DNA of 64,000 bases from Squalus acanthias (lineage: Eukaryota): NCBI GenBank assembly GCA_030390025.1, contig CM059430.1, forward strand, positions 68,200,001 through 68,264,000. The letters run 5' to 3'. A program made the position numbers and the translations under genes. A model generated the notes under the pieces. The model had not been told where the DNA came from. It worked only from the letters and a program-made list of their open reading frames with translations, and searched no databases. Every line of letters starts with the position of its first letter. The first letter of the stretch is position 1. Shown piece by piece: positions 61,404 through 64,000 of this stretch.

Positions 61404-62845
61404 TTACATAGAATGACATCGAATTTACAGCATAGAAACAGGCCATTCAGCCCATCAGTTCTATGCTGGTGTTTATGTTCCACATGATGACTTCAATGGA
61501 TAGTGAAATCGGGCGGGTGCAAAACCAGCGTTGGACCAAATCCCGTCAGTTTCCCGACGGGCGGCTTAGATTAAAATTGCCCCAGTGTATCTCAGGTTTG
61601 TGCTTAACCCCAGCCAGCCTCAAACAGCTTGCAGTCCATATATGGGCTCTCAACCTCGGGCCTGCATCACCCTCCACATTGTGACTGAGGAGGTTATGTC
61701 ACATGACATCACAGTGAAAACCATGGCAACACAGAGGGAAGTGAGTTTCACCAGTAGCTGAAGTGCAGATGCTGAAAAGCTCTCGACAAGTAAGGGGCAA
61801 GTTTGTTTAAACCTTACCAAAGTCTTCAGAATCTGTGCAGATCGAAATCGTTTGTTTACACAACTCAGTTTGAAACTCATCAGGAACTGTGGTGCTGAAA
61901 AACATTTGTTTCCAGAATATAGTTCGTAAATTGATCCGAATCTGTTGTGATCAATAATTGTTTGTTTACTGATTTATTTTCTTAAATTAATCAAATTAAA
62001 ACCAAAGAGATAATTCTCCCTCACAACATCAGGAAAAAGTCATCGAGGAGACAAAGAGTGACTTCAGACTGTGAGTAAATGAAAGAAGGAATCCTTAGTT
62101 GAAAATTACCCCAAGAATTAAAATGGTTTAACAGCGAGATTTCCCTTCAGATTGAACAGGAATAGTCACAGCATTTAAAACAAGGACAGGGAAATGGGAC
62201 TGAAGAGCCAGGAATGCCTCCCTGCTGCCTCGTTTCCATGGGAACCCGAGCAGGCCAAGGTCCAGGCCCAGGTCCGGCCCTTTGGGGAAGGCCCAGGTAA
62301 TCCTGGAGTGATGTAAATGGGTCATTGGCCCAGTGTTCATTGCCTCCCCTCTTACTTCCTATCATTAGCAGCCAGGGAGAATCAGCCCCTTAATCTCCAT
62401 GTCTCAGAAGGCATCTATAAAACATTGTTGAAAGAAACCAGAGAGGAGGTGTACAGGGCAGTGGGTACAGTAATGGAAGGTTCATATAAAAGGTGCCCTA
62501 ATTTGAGGAATATCGACTGGAATTCAGGCTAGAAGGTGGAACGAAAGAAGGCATTGGATTAAAAACTTGGAATTAAAGAGCATTTATGAGAGTTGTGGCG
62601 GATGGATTTTGGGAGACACCAGGCCCTGGTGAGGCCTCACATATACCAGTGTGACAAAGCTCTGGTGTCGGGTATTCAAGGAGGTTGGGAGGCAGCGTGG
62701 GTGGAGAGACAAGTGGGATAGTAAGTGCACGGCTTCTGCGTGTCGATGGGTGGGCAAATAGGTGGGGCAGAAAGCAATTCTGCACAGGCAGGCGGGCATG
62801 TTGCCAAGCACTTGGGATGGGTGAGCAACGGGTTAGGAAGTACTT

Positions 62846-63056
62846 TGTGGAAATCTGGAACTCTCTTGCCCAAAATCTGTTGCTGGGTGTCAATAGAAAA
62901 TTTCAAAACAGAGATTGAGCGATTTTTGTTAGGCAAGGGTAGTAAGGCTTAGGGAACCAAAGAGGGTTGATCGAGTTGAGAAACAGGTCAGCCATGATCT
63001 AATTGAATGGTGGAACAGGCTCAAGGGTCTGGATGGCCTGCTCCTGTTCCTATGCT
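62846..63056 (+). mobile_element. CR1 3' end fragment
   Basis: VEIWNSL..FKTEIERFL and tail ..ggcctgctcctgttcctatg. Confidence 0.7.
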
Positions 63057-63521
63057 CCTTCCTAATACATAATTTAAAAATAGTTGACTAAATGATCAGG
63101 GATCAGCCATTCCCATTTCTTAACTGTCCTATTACTGGATCCACTCGGGGTCCGTGATTGGCTCGGAGCCCCATCCAATTGCATGGTCCTAAAGCCGCTG
63201 CTGCCTAAGTTTCCTGCACTAAACCTGAAGGGTACATTTTCTGTTCTGGATGGCCAGCGGCAGTGGAGGGCATGAGGCAAATCGGAACCGGGAGATGGCC
63301 AGTCTGATGGGATCTGGCATGGGATGAGTTTCATTTCAATTTCCTGACATACTACCTTTTCCCTCGTCTGTCTCTTCTTCGTATCTACTCTAAGTCTCTC
63401 TCTTCCTTACTCAAAGCTCATCCCACTAGTCTTGTCCGTGCTCCCTCTCACCAAATTCTGAAGACCACACCCCACCACACAGCCTTTTAAGTTCTGAGAC
63501 TTTTCAACACTTCATCGAGTT

Positions 63522-63657
63522 TTCACCACCCACTCACCACCACCACCACCCCTTCCCCACTCACCACATCCGCTTCCCCACTCACCATCACGCATTCCCG
63601 ACTCACCAGCAACCAAATTCTCCACTCACCATCAATCTCTTCCCCACTCACCATCAC
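63522..63657. repeat. Degenerate C/A-rich short tandem repeat (ccactcacc core)
   Basis: About 6 copies of c(c)actcacc spaced roughly 20 bp apart. Confidence 0.6.
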
Positions 63658-64000
63658 AACATCTGGTGGTCAATCCGATCACATCAGGTTAATGCTGGGA
63701 GGGTGAGGTTAAAATTATCCCCTCTTCCCATCTAAGATAACCTGCCAGTAAGGAGGTGCATCCCTTTAAATTTGGGCTGCAGCCAACTTCCTGCATCCCG
63801 CAGTACACCAGCTACTGTCACAAACCCAAAATGATGTCAGGATTTGATGGTAATTATTGAAATGAGCTGACCATGCTGACTGTGGGCAATCAGCTTAATG
63901 CCCCTTTAGCCAGCTTTGCACAAACATCTCACCATTCCCTCCTCCACTTCATCAGTTTCACAAAATGGGCCACTCCAGAGTCCAGGATATGAGGAAATGA

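Noticed and set aside
61710-61737. CACAGTG-12-ACACAGAGG as a 12-RSS partner
   Set aside because: Nonamer is only 5/9 with a broken A-tract, and there is no adjacent gene segment; compatible with chance

Overview
Vertebrate genomic DNA, most likely from a cartilaginous fish (inferred from the CR1 LINE, Deu/SacSINE-like and 67-bp repeat content; not verified). The only host gene seen is at about 4.5-11.4 kb (+): a spliced, non-rearranging antigen-receptor-like Ig-superfamily gene with leader, a single-exon germline-joined VJ domain, a C1 domain, a TM segment preceded by Arg, and a short tail. About 2.3 kb downstream begins a 35-kb array (13692-48989) of 39/43-bp monomers. Most monomers carry the RSS heptamer CACAGTG on the minus strand, and at least eight variant monomers read heptamer + exactly 23 bp + ACTAAAAAC/ACTAAAAAA, i.e. 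near-consensus 23-RSS. Three full-length transposons interrupt the array, all at that heptamer: two different Harbinger elements (19734-23460, 43877-48079) and a very young Gypsy element (29946-34366). The Gypsy element has identical 183-bp LTRs, an intact 1318-aa gag-pol, a YLDN RT motif and no tRNA PBS, but a 12-nt fold-back to its own LTR. The right 15 kb is a pile of CR1/L2-type LINE fragments and two more decayed Harbingers, one of which has spawned a 15-bp minisatellite inside its transposase CDS. There are two assembly gaps. All calls are from reading the sequence; no searches were run, and LINE fragment boundaries are approximate.
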